From Antedon mediterranea (Eukaryota; Animalia; Echinodermata), in NCBI RefSeq assembly GCF_964355755.1, contig NC_092671.1, positions 35,412,304 through 35,476,303 on the forward strand: DNA of 64,000 nucleotides, written 5' to 3'. Positions within the stretch are counted from its first letter, which is position 1. Each line of letters opens with the position of its first letter. The position numbers and the translations under genes were made by a program. Below are positions 23,001-38,000 of the stretch, in pieces. The notes under the pieces were generated by a model. That model worked only from the letters and a program-made list of their open reading frames with translations. It searched no databases and was not told the DNA's origin.

Positions 23001-26000
23001 AATAAATTACATGATATACTGACAGTCTTTAGTATTTGGTTGCTGGTCATAAAATTCAGACAATATGTATGTTATTATGTTATTAATTAGTTAGTGACCT
23101 TACATGTACATTACTGAGTTTAGACCTGTCAAATAGCTAGGCCCGCAGATGGTAGGCATGTGTGGGAATTTGGACCTCCACTGTACCTGTGACGAAGCCT
23201 TTACATGGAACCATGATGGTAAAGGTCTGGATCCTGGTGGGTCTAACAAATACCAAGCTACTAAACAGGAAGAATTCATGTACTGTATTCAATCAATTAT
23301 AATTGACCGAGTGATGTGGTTTATTTTAAGATGTATTGATGCATTTTAATTTGCAATATTAAAATAGCTACTGGAATCTTGTTCAGAATGTGGTATAAAT
23401 TTCCTTACTGAATAACTGTTAGTTGACAGAATTGTAGCGTAGTGCGTATTATGGTTAATGTTTTTATCTAATAATTAATACTGATCTCTGGGTTCAAATT
23501 TGTTCAGGATTTCTTATCATCCACTTTCGTTCACCTGCGTTAAGTTCTGTCTACACTATCAAACTTTCTATGACAACAAAATGTGATGTGCCCATATATG
23601 GACATGATGATGTCATATCACTACTATATTTGGGCATATCACTACCATATTTGGGCAAACTTTTTTTGTCAAACTAGTTTGATAATGTAGACAGGGCTTA
23701 AGACTTTTTGTTTTTGTTGTTTTTATCTTTATAAAATCTTCCCCCTGAACAAGGCATGGTAGAACAGTTCTTGATTGTATTGTATGGTACACGCAAAAGA
23801 AATCAAATTGATATATCCTCCTCTACTGAAAGTGTAAGCATACTGTAAATTCAGAAGAGGCACTAACTCTATGTTTACTATACACAAATTTTAACATAAA
23901 GACTATTTTCCAACAAAATAATCCTTTAAACCTAAAACCAAACGGAACACTCAAAATATAAACTCAACTCAACTGTGTCTACGGTTTTGAAATATGATAG
24001 AGTATTCAATTTCGCTGTATTGTTATGCTCTCAGTATGACATCACTTTCTCGCTCTGTTCTGTTTAGCTGTATCCCAACATAAGTAACCAATGATTGTAA
24101 AGTCAGGATACAGTATGTACTGTATCTTAGATATGTTCTATAATACAGTTCCTAGTGTAATACATTTATTTACCTAGAGGATGAGCTTGCTTCGCTCCTA
24201 TCGCGGTACTGTACACATGGAACAGCTAGGGTGAGTAACTGACACTGAGTTGGTTACACGCATTTTACATTGTGTCTACTCTACCTATTCCAGAAGTAAG
24301 CATAACTTGTATAGATTACATGGATAGATATTATGTCAAAATCTAATTATGAATACACTTGCCCATCCAAGTGAACACAATTTAAGGAAAATACTTAAAT
24401 AAATATGTGCAATTGGTGCTTACAATAAATGTCTGAAACAATTATTATTAATTTTTCAAACATTCTGTAAAATGGATTAAGGAAAATGAATTAAGGAAAA
24501 TTGAATGACATTGTTGTTTTTTAACATGACTTTACAAATTAAATACATTACTGTATTTTTTATTTATTATATAAACACCAATAAAAAACAAATCGAATAT
24601 AAAAAATATTAATTAGATACCGGTATGAAATTTCAAGGATAAAGAGGATGAAATTCAATAGATATTAAAAAACGTGATGAGAAAGTATTAAACCACATTT
24701 TCCATTGCTTCAATTATTTCCTTTATGTCATTTTAATTAGTTCATTAAGTATCTACTAATTGCTTTCTAAAACCAAACTCTGTAGTATATTTAACACTGC
24801 CCTCTATTGACAGGGGGCTTGATTTTAAATTATACCAAAACAACATTTCCATTCAAATGGTCCCGAACATACTAAAGTATTTCTGAGATGTTTTTGTCAA
24901 AATTGTTTGGTTTTAAAATTGTCTACAGTATGACACACATACAGTACAGTAGGCTCACATACAGTACAGTAGGCTCACATACAGTACAGTAGGCTCACAT
25001 ACAGTACAGTAGGCTCACATACAGTACAGTAGGCTCACATACAGTACAGTAGGCTCACATACAGTACACAAACATCTTATCCAAGGAACGTAGTGATACT
25101 ATTATGAGGGAAAAAAAAGTGGTGGTCTATGAGTGCGGCTTACCTGGATAAACCAACATTAGCCTCTCTATTCGAAGAGAGGAATACATTACAAAAAGAA
25201 CCTTACATTAAAATATCACCCCCCTGTCGGATAATGGCTTAGACAGAAACGGGAGTACAGTACCTCCACTCACACTTCTTAAAACCGATTGTAAGTTTGT
25301 ATGACGGACACAGGGCTGTTGAGCCACTTATAGTGCTAAGGCTTAGAGATACGAGATGCCAGTGTATGGTTCATGGTCCCTTCCTCCCCCTAAAAATAAT
25401 TGACATAATTAGCATTGCTTAGATGCATTTTAATGATGTTTTTATTGGGGAACCAAATACTGTAAATAATTAATTGGTGTAATAGGAAGATTAATGTAGT
25501 CTTCTGTCAAAAAGTGGTCAGGTTGAAACCTGATCAACCATACAGTACTATCTAATGGTCAAGGCCCTGGAGTAGGTCCACAGCTAAAAGGAAATGTACA
25601 TAAGAAAGCTTTTAATTTTTGTGCCCTTTCTTAATAAGGTTAATGAGGTGAAAATATCTAGATCAGAATAAAATTAATGCATAGTTGTACGGGCCAAGGA
25701 TGGATCAAACTTGTTCAAAAAAGAAGTTATGAGAATATATCCTCAAAAATAACTTTTCAGACAGACAAGGGCTGAAAACAAAAATGATATTACAAAACAC
25801 CACTGTTGTACACGATTATGAAAATAGCATACATATACTATTGTGTGTATTTATTGATGGTTATCTACCTACTGTACTCCATAACAATGTGAAAAAAAAT
25901 ACAAGTTCATTAACTCTTATCATGGAGTCTGTTATAAATTAATCTACCAGGTAAGTTGAAGCTCCATTATCCGAGGAATAATTTCGCCAGTGTAGCATAG

Positions 26001-29000
26001 AAAAAAGCTATATATAACCACCTAATTGCTACACATTTTGAAAATTGTGTAGCAAAAAATACAATACAAAACTACAGTATGTTTCTCGACTCAAAAATCA
26101 GTTTGGTTAAGCTTTGGTTCCCACTAGAACGTAAAGCAAGGACGTGAACGCAACGGAAGCGTTTTAACCAATGACAAGCGAAGTTATAGACAGTTAGCAA
26201 TCACAAGCGAATAAGCCATCGCTTGTGATTGGTCAATTCACTTGCGTTGCGTTACGTTATTGTGTTGCGTCGCTAGTGGGAACCACGCTTTAGCAATATT
26301 GCTAAACCAAATTTTAAAAAGAAATGAAATTTAGATCCTCCTTTTCTGGTTTCGGTGCTTAAATCATTATTGTATTTGTACAGTATCATACTACTGTTCT
26401 AATGAATTATTTCAACTTTAATATTTTGTACTGTACTGTAATTTCAAAGCACACTTTTGCATCATAATCACTCATGCAAACAAAACATCTAATTGAAATT
26501 CATGGACTGACCTGGATGCATTGCAAATGTCATGGACTGACCTGGATGCAAATGTCATGGGTTGACAATGACAATTCATCTCAGAATTTATAACTTCCAC
26601 AATGTACCCTCAATTTTCATTCATGACCTCATTACAGTTTACATGGGTCATTAAAGCTTGTCATTTAAAAATTTGAAACTGCTTTTAAAAAATTATTATT
26701 TATTATTAAAGTACAAACTACCATTATTTTTATGAGGAAATTACATTAAATTTGCTTGTACAATACAAGAATATATGTTAATGTACACATTTTTAAAAAG
26801 AAATGAGAAAAAATACAAATAGGGACTTTTAGCTGTATTGCCTATAGCATGCCATACACAGTGGTATAGCCACAAGAAATAAAGTGTTGCTGTTTTCACA
26901 AGAAAAGGGTTAAACAATCTCTGTTCAAGCCACATGGGTTGTCAAAGGCCTCTCTGTGAAAAAGGTGGTCAGGTTGAAACCATGGACCTACAGTATAAAT
27001 TAGGTCCATGCTGAAACCTTATCAACTGTACTGGTGGCTACGGCCCTGCTACAGTAGAGGTGAGATAATATTTGTTTTAATTTTTTTTACCTTTAGTAGA
27101 TTTTGCAAAATGCAGCTTTTTTAAAGGGAATATTATATAAAAATATTTTTTAGGACTCCAAATACTTGTTCATAGCAAAAATTATCCCATTTTTTTACTA
27201 AAACTAAAAAAAAAAAAAAAATGTTTTAAATGAATATTAAATAAATAAAATTATTCAAATTCAATGCACAAATTTTATCCTTTTGCATAACAACATGGCA
27301 GTTCTATAAAAGACGTTCATAAATTATTTTTAAATCACATCACTCTTAAATGGATATCAGAGGTCACAACGTAATGTGTTTCTATCACCTTATCGTTATT
27401 ATATGATATCTTCAACTTTTATGCTAAAATAAATGGCAAGAAGGGCATTACTGACAGTATTTCCTGGCAATTGTTTGAGAATCTATTGCCACTTTGTTTA
27501 TAATATTTCATATCAAGGACATAATACAGATATTTCTTGATATTAATATCTTCATATTATCTTTTTATGGGCTTCAGATTTCTTTCATCAAATAAAAAAA
27601 AATTTGCAGCTGGAAAAATTTTATATACAATCAATTTTTCCAAAACCATCAATATTCTCAAATTTTCTTTCACTATACTACATACTTAGTATTAAAGATA
27701 TATTGTCCCTGTTTTAAAGTTAATTTTTAAATTGTTTTGGATTTAAATATGCCATTTTAATTCCACATAATAGTTATTCACTTTGACCAAAAACTTGACC
27801 GAAAAAAAAAAAAAAATTTTAAGCAAAATACTGTATACCTATAAAAATTGTCTGTTAGACAATGGTTTTTGGTTAAAATTAACCGTTTCTTTTGTTTTTT
27901 TATATTGTGGAATAACTATTTTATTTTTTCTACATCTTTTGTTAACTAATACTAGCCTCGTTTTCGATGTTACTATCATTTCCGATCTTACTTTAGTTTT
28001 ACATACAAACTGTCCATCTTTTAAATTTAAAAGATTCAATATAATGCAAATAGATAAACAAGTGTCTACTGAGATACGAGTAAAAATCCCGTAAAAATAT
28101 AACACAATACACTTACCAAGGTCAATTTCAATGCTAAAAACACAACAACAATACTAAAGTTTGCGTTCATAGGCCACTTGACGATACATCTTGGAACATG
28201 GATACGTATACTCAATAGATCCGTACACACATCGCTCCTGCGGTATGGTCTCTATTACAGCTGGTTAGAAGACTGAACACATAGGCCCCTAGACTGATCC
28301 CATTATCTAAAGTCCACATTTTACCGTCCATTCAGAAAAACCAGCTAATCATGCACTTCAGGCTAGCTTTTAAAACGAGTCACTTTTGATGAGTCTTTGT
28401 TCTTAGTTGCAGGTATTGACTGGGGATAAAGACAATAGCCAGATCCAGGGAACAATAGCTAGATCCAGGGAACAATAACTACATAAACAGTGATGTCAGC
28501 TTTTGTTCCGTCAGCAGGCATATTAATCATCAATATGAATTAATAAACAATTTTATAATGATCCCTTTAATATTTAATGGATCAACCTGATTATTACCGC
28601 GGTTCAAATGAATTAAACTATAATAATGAGTTTGTAGTTAGTACTTCTATGAAATATAATTATAATATCATAAACATAATAACTCATAAGGTAAAAACAT
28701 TTTACTATCAATCATAAACCTATTCACTAAATTCCCTTTTTTCATTCATTATTTCATTTTTAGTAATAATAGTTATTTAATAATGTATTCATACTGGCTA
28801 AATAATGCAAGCTCTGTGGCTAACTCAACTTCTAATAAATAATTTAAACAATAATTACGATATTATTATTAATATTATTATTAGGTTAATTAAAATGATT
28901 TATTTTTATTTATACTTAATCTGTGTTAATCTTCTCATAGAGCTCTAATGATCCTCTTCAACGTCCAATTAGAATTTAAAGTATTGTACTACAGTAGTAG

Positions 29001-32000
29001 TAACAGCTTAAATTTTAATTTGAAAGGAAGCTGAAAAAAGGTAAGCAAAGGAAAGGCATTTCATCCCTTGACCGATATCAATGCTGAAGGCCCATTTACA
29101 CTAGGACGATGACGGTCGACAATAAAAAGATAAATATGCATTTTTCATATAAAACAAAAGAAATCTAACAAGTTTGATGAAAATCACACATCCAATCAAA
29201 ATGACGTCATGATAAGTAATACTTTTAATAGCAATAATTTTATGACAATACAATAATGATTTCATTTGATCCGGTTTTAAAAAATATTATTTTTATCAAC
29301 GACAGCATAAATGATTATCCTATAGTTCTAGAATGAAAACCTTTCAAATTTGTTTTGTTTTATGTAAAACAAATGCATGCTTATCTATTTATTGTCGATT
29401 GTTATCGTCCTAGTGTAAATGGGCCTTTAGGCTTTCTACCTCTCATTTTTAGTTGTGTGCAAACGCGACTCTACAGCTCACTATGTCGGTCGGTTGGTCG
29501 GTAAACACTAACTCAAATTTAAGCCTGTGACTGCAGCCATGTATGGACTTGTTGTAGTCATAAGATGTTTACTATTTTAATTATTGATAGCTGCAACAAG
29601 TGATGAAAATTGTGTTTTCATGTCTCATTGTGTAATGAATTATGTTTATAATTGAATTCAGGTGCAAATGATATGCACATGTTTTAAGTCTTTTTCTTGC
29701 ATTAATAAATTATAGTAGATGTTTGTTTAGTAATTTAGGTAATATTGACTTCCTCATTTATTCAATTGAAATGCACTAGTTAGTAGTAAAATATGAATAG
29801 AAAAATTGTATGTGTCCTCAACTTGCTAATTCTAGATTGATCCCTCAAGTTACTAAAAAATCTATATAATCATTCACATCAAGTTGGTAATAATCCTTCT
29901 CAATAATATCTTGTCAAATAAATCATCTACGGGAAAGGCTGCAAATCCTAACATTACTAAACATAGCCTACAACCACTGTGATGATGTATTCAAAGGCAG
30001 CTGTAGCAAAGAGGATATAAATTCAGAAACACTGAGGATATTATAATACATCATGCTGACTCAGTGTTAGTATTTATCACCTTACAGTTATTATACATTA
30101 GCCCGCGAATACAAACATTTTGATTAAATTGCAATCGTATAATAACAGCAAAAAATATGGAATATTTTATATTACAAATCAGAGACAATATTACTGAGAT
30201 ACTACGGCAACTGTAGTTATTTACAATCTCATGACACAAGTAATTTCTTAAAAAATTATGAAAATAATAACCCTGCCATGAAAGCTGAAAAACATGGATT
30301 TTGATGAAATTGCAATCGTATAATAACAGCGAAAAATATGGAATATTTTATATTACAAATCAGAGACAATATTACTGAGATACTACGGCAACTGTAGTTA
30401 TTTACAATCTACAACTTACAAAATACAAGTCATTTCTTAAAAAATTATGAAAATAATAACCCTGCCATGAAAGCTGAAAAACATGGATTTTGATGAAATT
30501 GCAATCGTATAATAACAGTGACAAATATGGAATATTTTATATTACAAATCAGAGAAAATATTACTGAAATACTACGGCAACTGTAGTTTATTTACAATCT
30601 ACAACTTACAAGTCATTTCTTGAAAAATTATGAAAATAATAACCCTGCCATGAAAGCTTAAATCAGTATTCAAGTCATTGCTATTTAAACATACTTTAGA
30701 TACATAGTATTATAAAGCTTGACAATTCATTGGCTTTTGTATGTGGATGCAATTATGTTAATTTTAAAGTTACTGTAATAATTACCACATTAGATGTAAA
30801 CAAATTAATTAGCTAATTTAATTTATACATTGTGATACGTTTGTTCCATGGCATGGCACACAAAATGATATACTGTATAAATATAATACAATTCCTTCTA
30901 AAACTAAATTTTCTACATTTCTTAGTTTTTAATCTTTCTCAGTTTACTTTAATATTTTGTTTTTCACAAGGTTTTATATTTTAAGATCTCAACTTTTTAA
31001 GTGGTTTGTCATGACAGAGCATAATACTGTACTGTAAAAATGTTTTTAATTTGTTTTTATGTCTAATTTGTTTTAATATATTTTTATTCAATGTAAACTT
31101 GTTGCACATCTCATAGAGATGTCTTTGATTTAAAAGAGATACAATAAAGTGAAGTTCAGTTCACTATGGCACGGAAACTATGCATTTAAATAGAATCTGT
31201 TTTTTTCTACATTAATAATAAACAACACAAAGGCATGAAACTGCCCCAGGTGGACAAGGTACATTAATAACATCATATTTAAGAATTAGCCAATAACTCC
31301 ATCCTACATATAACGCACATTTCATAACACCTCCTTCAACCCCTCTTGAGTATCCAATAATCGGAAAGCACACAGGTGTTGTACCTAGCACACCTGTGGC
31401 CTATATATGGGACGTTCCACAACCTCCTTAATCAACAAAGATCCCGCAATTTAAGCAGCAATTTAAGCAGCGTGAATCCAGACTTTAGATCGGTGGATTA
31501 AGGTGAAATTCACCAACAAATAAATTAACCAACCAGATCGTTGGTTATATTTTTGATGGATTTCAAAGAATTATAGAGAATTACCTACAGTACATGTGAT
31601 ATCCTTCCTACAGTATGATTGACAAGAGTGGTTACAGTATATTAATGGTTTGCAAATCAGGGAAAGTAAACATGAAAAATATATGCAAACATTTTTAAAA
31701 CTTAGAAGAACCAAAAAATATTGAAATGTATAGAAATTACAGTAGAATATTCATCATATTAATCATTTGTTCTGTTGATGAAAAGGGATAGATTGAACAT
31801 ACTGTAGTCGTAATATCATAAAATATATTATTATTTTTTTCTCCTTGATAAAAATTAAAAATAAAAATCATTTGAATGTAGATGAATTTTTCGAGAATAA
31901 AATATACCATAAACAAATATGTACGGTACTGTATTTAGTCAAATCTAAATTTTTTAACCACTCTATTTTTGAAAAATTGTAAACTTGGAAAGCATACAAA

Positions 32001-35000
32001 TTAAAAAAAAAATATTATCTAAAGCTCTGTCTACACTATCAAAGTGGTTGGACAAAAAAATGTGTGATGTACCCAAATATGGTAGTAATACCAACATATA
32101 TGATAGTGATATGACATCATCATGTCCATATATGGGCACATCACATTTTTTTGTCACATAAAGTTTCATAGTATTACAGAGCTTAATATTATGAACTATT
32201 TTGTTACAGAAGATTTTGTGATCCTGTGACATTTGATGAGTCAAGCAGCTTGCCTGCTGGTATGGGGTTGTTGGATCTGTGGACACTGCATAAATCACCA
32301 CAAAGCATACACAGGTAAGATTAGAAGGATCTATTACAATTTGCCTACACCTCTTCATCTCAATTACACAAGTCCATACAAACGCAATCATCTTTCGTCA
32401 TCACTGACAGATATTGCTATGCATCACTGGTTTCATCAGTAATGACATTTACGATGGTTTTCTTTTTATCGCTGTGTGTTTTTTTTTCATCCACCCTTCT
32501 ACGAATACGTGAGTGGATGAATAATTAGTAATAAGTGTGTTTAAAAAATAGTTATTAATCCTATTATTAGCAATATCATTAATCATCTTTGTATGCTACA
32601 GTACTACTGTACACAAAATGTACAAATATTGCAATACGGCAACTGATAATTATCATAAAGTAAAACAGATCTGACTAAAATATGAGTAAAATATTATTAA
32701 GTATTACAAGAAATTATAAATCTGAAAACTCATTAAAACTAATTAAATATAAATTAAATGCATGCTTGTTTGTTTATAGATTAGTAGAATGAGAACATCA
32801 AATACAAAGTCCAGTCCAGTGTGTTGTTGAACAAAACACAAATATGAATTAAATCATGTTTGTTTAATAATAATATTTAATTTGTTGCTACTAATTATAC
32901 AGTAGTGAGATTATTGAAGACATATTTAACAAATAATAATTTGTGTACAGATACACTACAGTATTTGTACATACGGAATTACTGTATATTGAAAAGACAA
33001 GACAACCATTTTGTGATAACAGAAAGTGTACAGTAGCTGATAAATATTATGTACTGTCAACATTATTGTCAAACAAAGCAAACAGCAGAAACCCTCTTAA
33101 ACACTATTTTGCTGATAACACTGTTGGTATATTTGTCAAAGGCTTAGTGTTACTGTGCGAAGCTTTACTCTAGGCATCCTCCCAGCCAGCTTTCACTTTT
33201 TACAGTTTAGCTGTACTTTACTTTATCCACTCTTATTACAGTATGATTCTTCAAGTTTACATAGTTTTCAACTACAAACCAAGCCTGAAATCATATTTTC
33301 TCCAATTCAACAGTCAATTAAATTTGTTGCTATTATGCTAAGTATCAATTCCAAAAAAACTAACCTGCTAGCTACTATTCCTCATGGACTCAGCAATTCA
33401 ACCGACCAAATAACTAAATAGCAGTACAATCTGTATAATAAATCTGCACGAGTATCGCATAGCACAGCGTGCTAAATGAACAGCAACCGCTCAATAATGA
33501 CGTGACCAAGACAAATCCTGATCAATAATCGGCTAGTAGATGCGGTTCCGAACTGACCTTAAAAATATCCAACAGACATCTACCGCGTAATAACTAACAC
33601 AGACCGATGTAAATGCGCATGTGGGGCTATGAGGTGTTTGTGGAATAACCATTCATACTGTATATTCCTAAATTTACATATTCCATATTTTGTGAAGTGA
33701 TCCTGAATGTACAGATAGTTAATTAACGAGATGATAGCATAAGTCCTCTGGAGTGTTACTAATGTGTGAAAAGGAGAAGGAAAATGAACGTATAGATTGG
33801 TATAACTACAGCGATTCCGTGGGCACGTATTCAGGCTTTAATTCCCAGAGGTAATTCGTTTAGGTATCGCATTTCTGCTGCGGTTAAACATGCCAGTGGC
33901 TGGATGTCAGAGGTCAATAATTCACAAGTTAGTTGCATCATTATGATGCAGCATTATAATATAATATGCCTGAATCAATATCCAACCAAAGGTTTTAAAC
34001 CATGTGGTAAGTCTGTTAATTGAAATTACACAAACACAGTTTGTTAATGTTAGGGTATGTTCAGATTCAGGTATCGCAAGCTATGTCATATTATAATTAG
34101 CAATAGCATCGTAACAGAAAAGTGTTTAGATTTGGTTAACTAATGCTTTTGTTGAAAACTGAAGTGCCACCATTGTGGGTAAACATCTGGTACGCAGGAG
34201 TAAATTTAATTGGTTAGTCAAAATCGTATCGTAACTGTCATTCACTAATCTTGTACCTCGAGCTGTCGTAACGAACGAAAGATCAGTGTCGTAAGAGGTA
34301 GCTTCCACTAATCTTTTGCTGGTTCAGATCTATGGAGTTGTATGCAGCGTACGATACAAAAGCATAACTCTGTAAGTCTGAACAGGCCCTAATTGTATTT
34401 CTCTAAATGTCACGCATATTTGTTTATCTTCACCCAATAATTTAAGCTTACTTACCCTTCGTGAGGTATGTTTCCGAACAAAATATATACAGCCAATCAC
34501 AGTGGCAATGAACGACACAATACACGCCGTGATGTTTGCGCCACACATCATATACATAAGATATTTAAGCAGTTGCCGTATTGCCGAACAGTCACTTATC
34601 CCCTCGAATACGACGGAATTATTTTCGTCCCCGCAAGAATGACTATCCTGGCAACAAAGGCACGAATTGCTAATGAGTTCATTTTCCTGCGCACATCTCT
34701 TGAATGTGTTAAGAAGAGCACCGCTATCGCCAGACAAGACTGCACCAACTAGATGAAGAATCACGCAGATTGCAGAAAGGAATGTGAAAAATGTTACCTG
34801 TGAAAGAGAAATGGGAGAAATTTAAATTAGAGATTAAAGTATCATGTATTGCACTTGAAATACCAATCAAGATGATTCAGGAAGTACGAATGATAACAGA
34901 AATAAAATCTACTATTTGTCAATTGCCATTTAAAAAATTGTTTACTTTAGCCTTTCTTAATGGCAATTCACTTCACAACTTTTTTTGCCATACAGTATGG

Positions 35001-38000
35001 TATCAGTCCTTCCTCCAAGCTTCTTAACCTTCAAGGCGAGAGACTAATTACGCTTCTCAAGTGGTCACATGGAAAATATTTTTTAAACCTCCAGAATTAA
35101 TAAAGCCTTGTCTACACTATCAAACTTTATGTGACAAAAATATGGACATGGTGATGTCATATCATTATCATATTTGGGCATATCACTACCATATTTTGGC
35201 ATCACACTTGTTTTTTCACAAAAGTTTGATAGTGTAGACAGAGCTCAAAGCTTGGTTTCCACTAGGACGCAATGCAAGGACGTAACGCAATGCAAATTGA
35301 TTTGATCTTAAACGATGGATTATTCAAACATTTGCGTGTGATTGGTCAACTCCCTTGTGTTGCATCTACATCCTTGCTTTATGTCCTAATGGGAACCAAG
35401 CTTAAGGTGCTAATTTGACAGAATAATAAGACAGAAATCCTCTACCGCTTGTTCCTTACGTATCAATATTAAAAATTAACACTTGAGCTAGGGGAAACAT
35501 ACAAATTTGATTTTAAAAATCTTTAATATGGCCACGGGAATTTACTGACATTTTTGCCAATTTTTCATACTGGAGTCACATTGGGTAACTTCAAAATTAG
35601 ATTTCTATGTAAAATCTGACAATCAACTCAGAGATAATGGAATAAAACCGGATGTGAAATACCTGGAACATAGTTACTTTGGAAGTATTGATGCAAGACT
35701 TGCAGTAATCAGGCAGGGTTAGATGACTTTTTACTGAGTCAGCATGTTAAACCATCCATTTTATTTGATAACTACACACTCATACCACATGACTCATTCA
35801 CCTTTATTTTTTCATCATTTATCACTCATCAGTCGCATCTTCAATCGCAGACAACTGACTGTCTTTGGTTGATGTTCTCATTTTTAAAATACAAGTTACA
35901 CTAGCAACTTAAGGTAAATTGTAAACAGTTTGAGAAGATTTGTAGTGACAGAGGTCAAATGTCAATATCCACTACTCAATGCTGAAGAAAGTCTTTTGAC
36001 TTTAGTACAGTAAAGATAGAACATTTTATTATTGGTAATTTACTAGCTCATAGAATAGAAGTGCTGTTATAGAGTATCAACATTCAACTTAAAAAATGAT
36101 TCTTAAATCAAACAACAGTGAGTCATACAGTACCGGACAGAATTATTGCAGATTTTGAACGCATTCAACGCATTGTTAAAGTGTTGACAACGCGTTGAAA
36201 CTGCGTTGTCCGTTGGCGTTGAAAGTGTTGAGTTCGTTGAACTGTTTATTCAACCAACACAATGTGTTGCGTTGAGTTTGCGTTGAAATAACGAACAATT
36301 GGATTCGTATGGTATTTACAGATTGCCAGAGTGTATTAGTAGTAGTAGTATAAAATACAGTATTACAAATATTTAAGAAAACAAAAATAATGTGTATTTT
36401 TCCGCGGAAACCTAGCTTAATATATTACACTAGGCTAGGCCTACTACTAACGAGTAGGCCCCGTGTGTATATGAGCCGCGTCTGCCATCGCAGTTAAAAG
36501 TAGTGGTCATGTCCTCAATTACTGTGTGCCTATATTAACTGGAGTATTAAATACCAAAGTTAAGGCGGCGGTGAATCTTGGAGGCTAGGTCACATCGTAA
36601 TTAATTATTTCCAAACTAAAAACTTCGCAGTACTGTACTACATTTTTCTCGATTATTTATAAAAACAACGTAGCCTACACCCGCCGCCATGGAAGGCAAC
36701 AATACACCACCAACATAACGATCCAGCATGGTCGTCGGACGTCGTCCTTTTCACGCATGCTTTTCGTGACGTGAGGGACGAACTGATCGAAAGGTGAAGA
36801 GTTCATTCATTATGAAATATTACGCGTAATAATTAAAAGGGAAAAAATCGTTTAGTTTTATTATTATCCATAAATATATCATTATCATGTATTATATTAT
36901 AAATTAATTATTGTGATGCCTAACGTAACCCATGCAGAGAAAAGCGTTAAATATAATAACCAAGAAATAGGAATGACCAATTTGATGACAATAGGCAATG
37001 TTAGGCGTTTTCTTTAAAATCAAAACCTGTGCCATACCATATTATTCACGCCAAGGTGTAACCCACAAATATTTGAATAACCAAACAATTCAGAATAAAG
37101 AACCACTTTATTCTGATGCAAGACAATATATTATTACAGGCGAGGTTTAGGCGTTTTCTCTTTAACATACTATTACTATTGTTTCTTAATATAATTATAT
37201 TGGCCTCCTCCTGAAACTGTATGAATGGGATGGGAGTTGCGAGAATATGCAAGAGAACAGCCAACATTTTAATCATTTTACAGTGTGATGCTTTTCAAAA
37301 CGCGCAACGTTTTCAACGCGTTCAACGCTATGGGATTCAATTGTTTAACGTCGTCAATGAACGGTCAACGGGTTCAACACATTCAACACGCTCTATTGTT
37401 AACGTATTCAAAACGCTTGTTGTACGATTTATAAAGATTTAAATTGGTTCATGGATGGGTGTCGGACACGTCAAATTTTTTAGTTCTTTCAAATTACATT
37501 ACAACAAACAATGGGACAATTATAAAATAAAAACCAAAATAGAGAAACAATATTTTAACTTTATCTCTTGAATCTCGAACAGCTAAAAAATGTAGGCCTA
37601 AATAAAATTAATTACTTCGTCGTCATTAACGATCGTTAAATACGTCATAACACACGTGGTGTTTTTCTTGAGGAAACCAGGGTGGCGGCCTCGTGTGTTG
37701 ATGTCAGTAATTTCCACGTTGTTTGATTTTACGACGTGAGATCGTGTTTTCCCCCGGAAGGCCTACAGTACAGTGTTAACTGTTAGACTTGGCATCGACC
37801 TTATTATTCGATGTTTTCCTTCACTAAACACTGGGAAATATCACTGTGTGTTTTATTTGGTAACTGTCCGTTCAATACTTAAAAATATATCTAAGCTTCA
37901 AATATATTTTATTTATATTAAAATATCTGGTAGTGACTGCCGATGGGTATTTTGCCTGTTGTTGTTACTGATCGTTCAGGCGTGCAATCGGCCAGTCTAG

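Noticed and set aside
23187-25190. Other ATG-plus-donor candidates in intron 3 (~23187, ~24173, ~25144)
   Set aside because: Phase 1 or stop-containing, so incompatible with phase-0 exon 4.
31371-31411. Inverted E-boxes CAGGTG/CACCTG with a CArG-like cctatatatgg as a muscle enhancer
   Set aside because: The CArG has seven A/T bases rather than six, and short motifs alone are insufficient.
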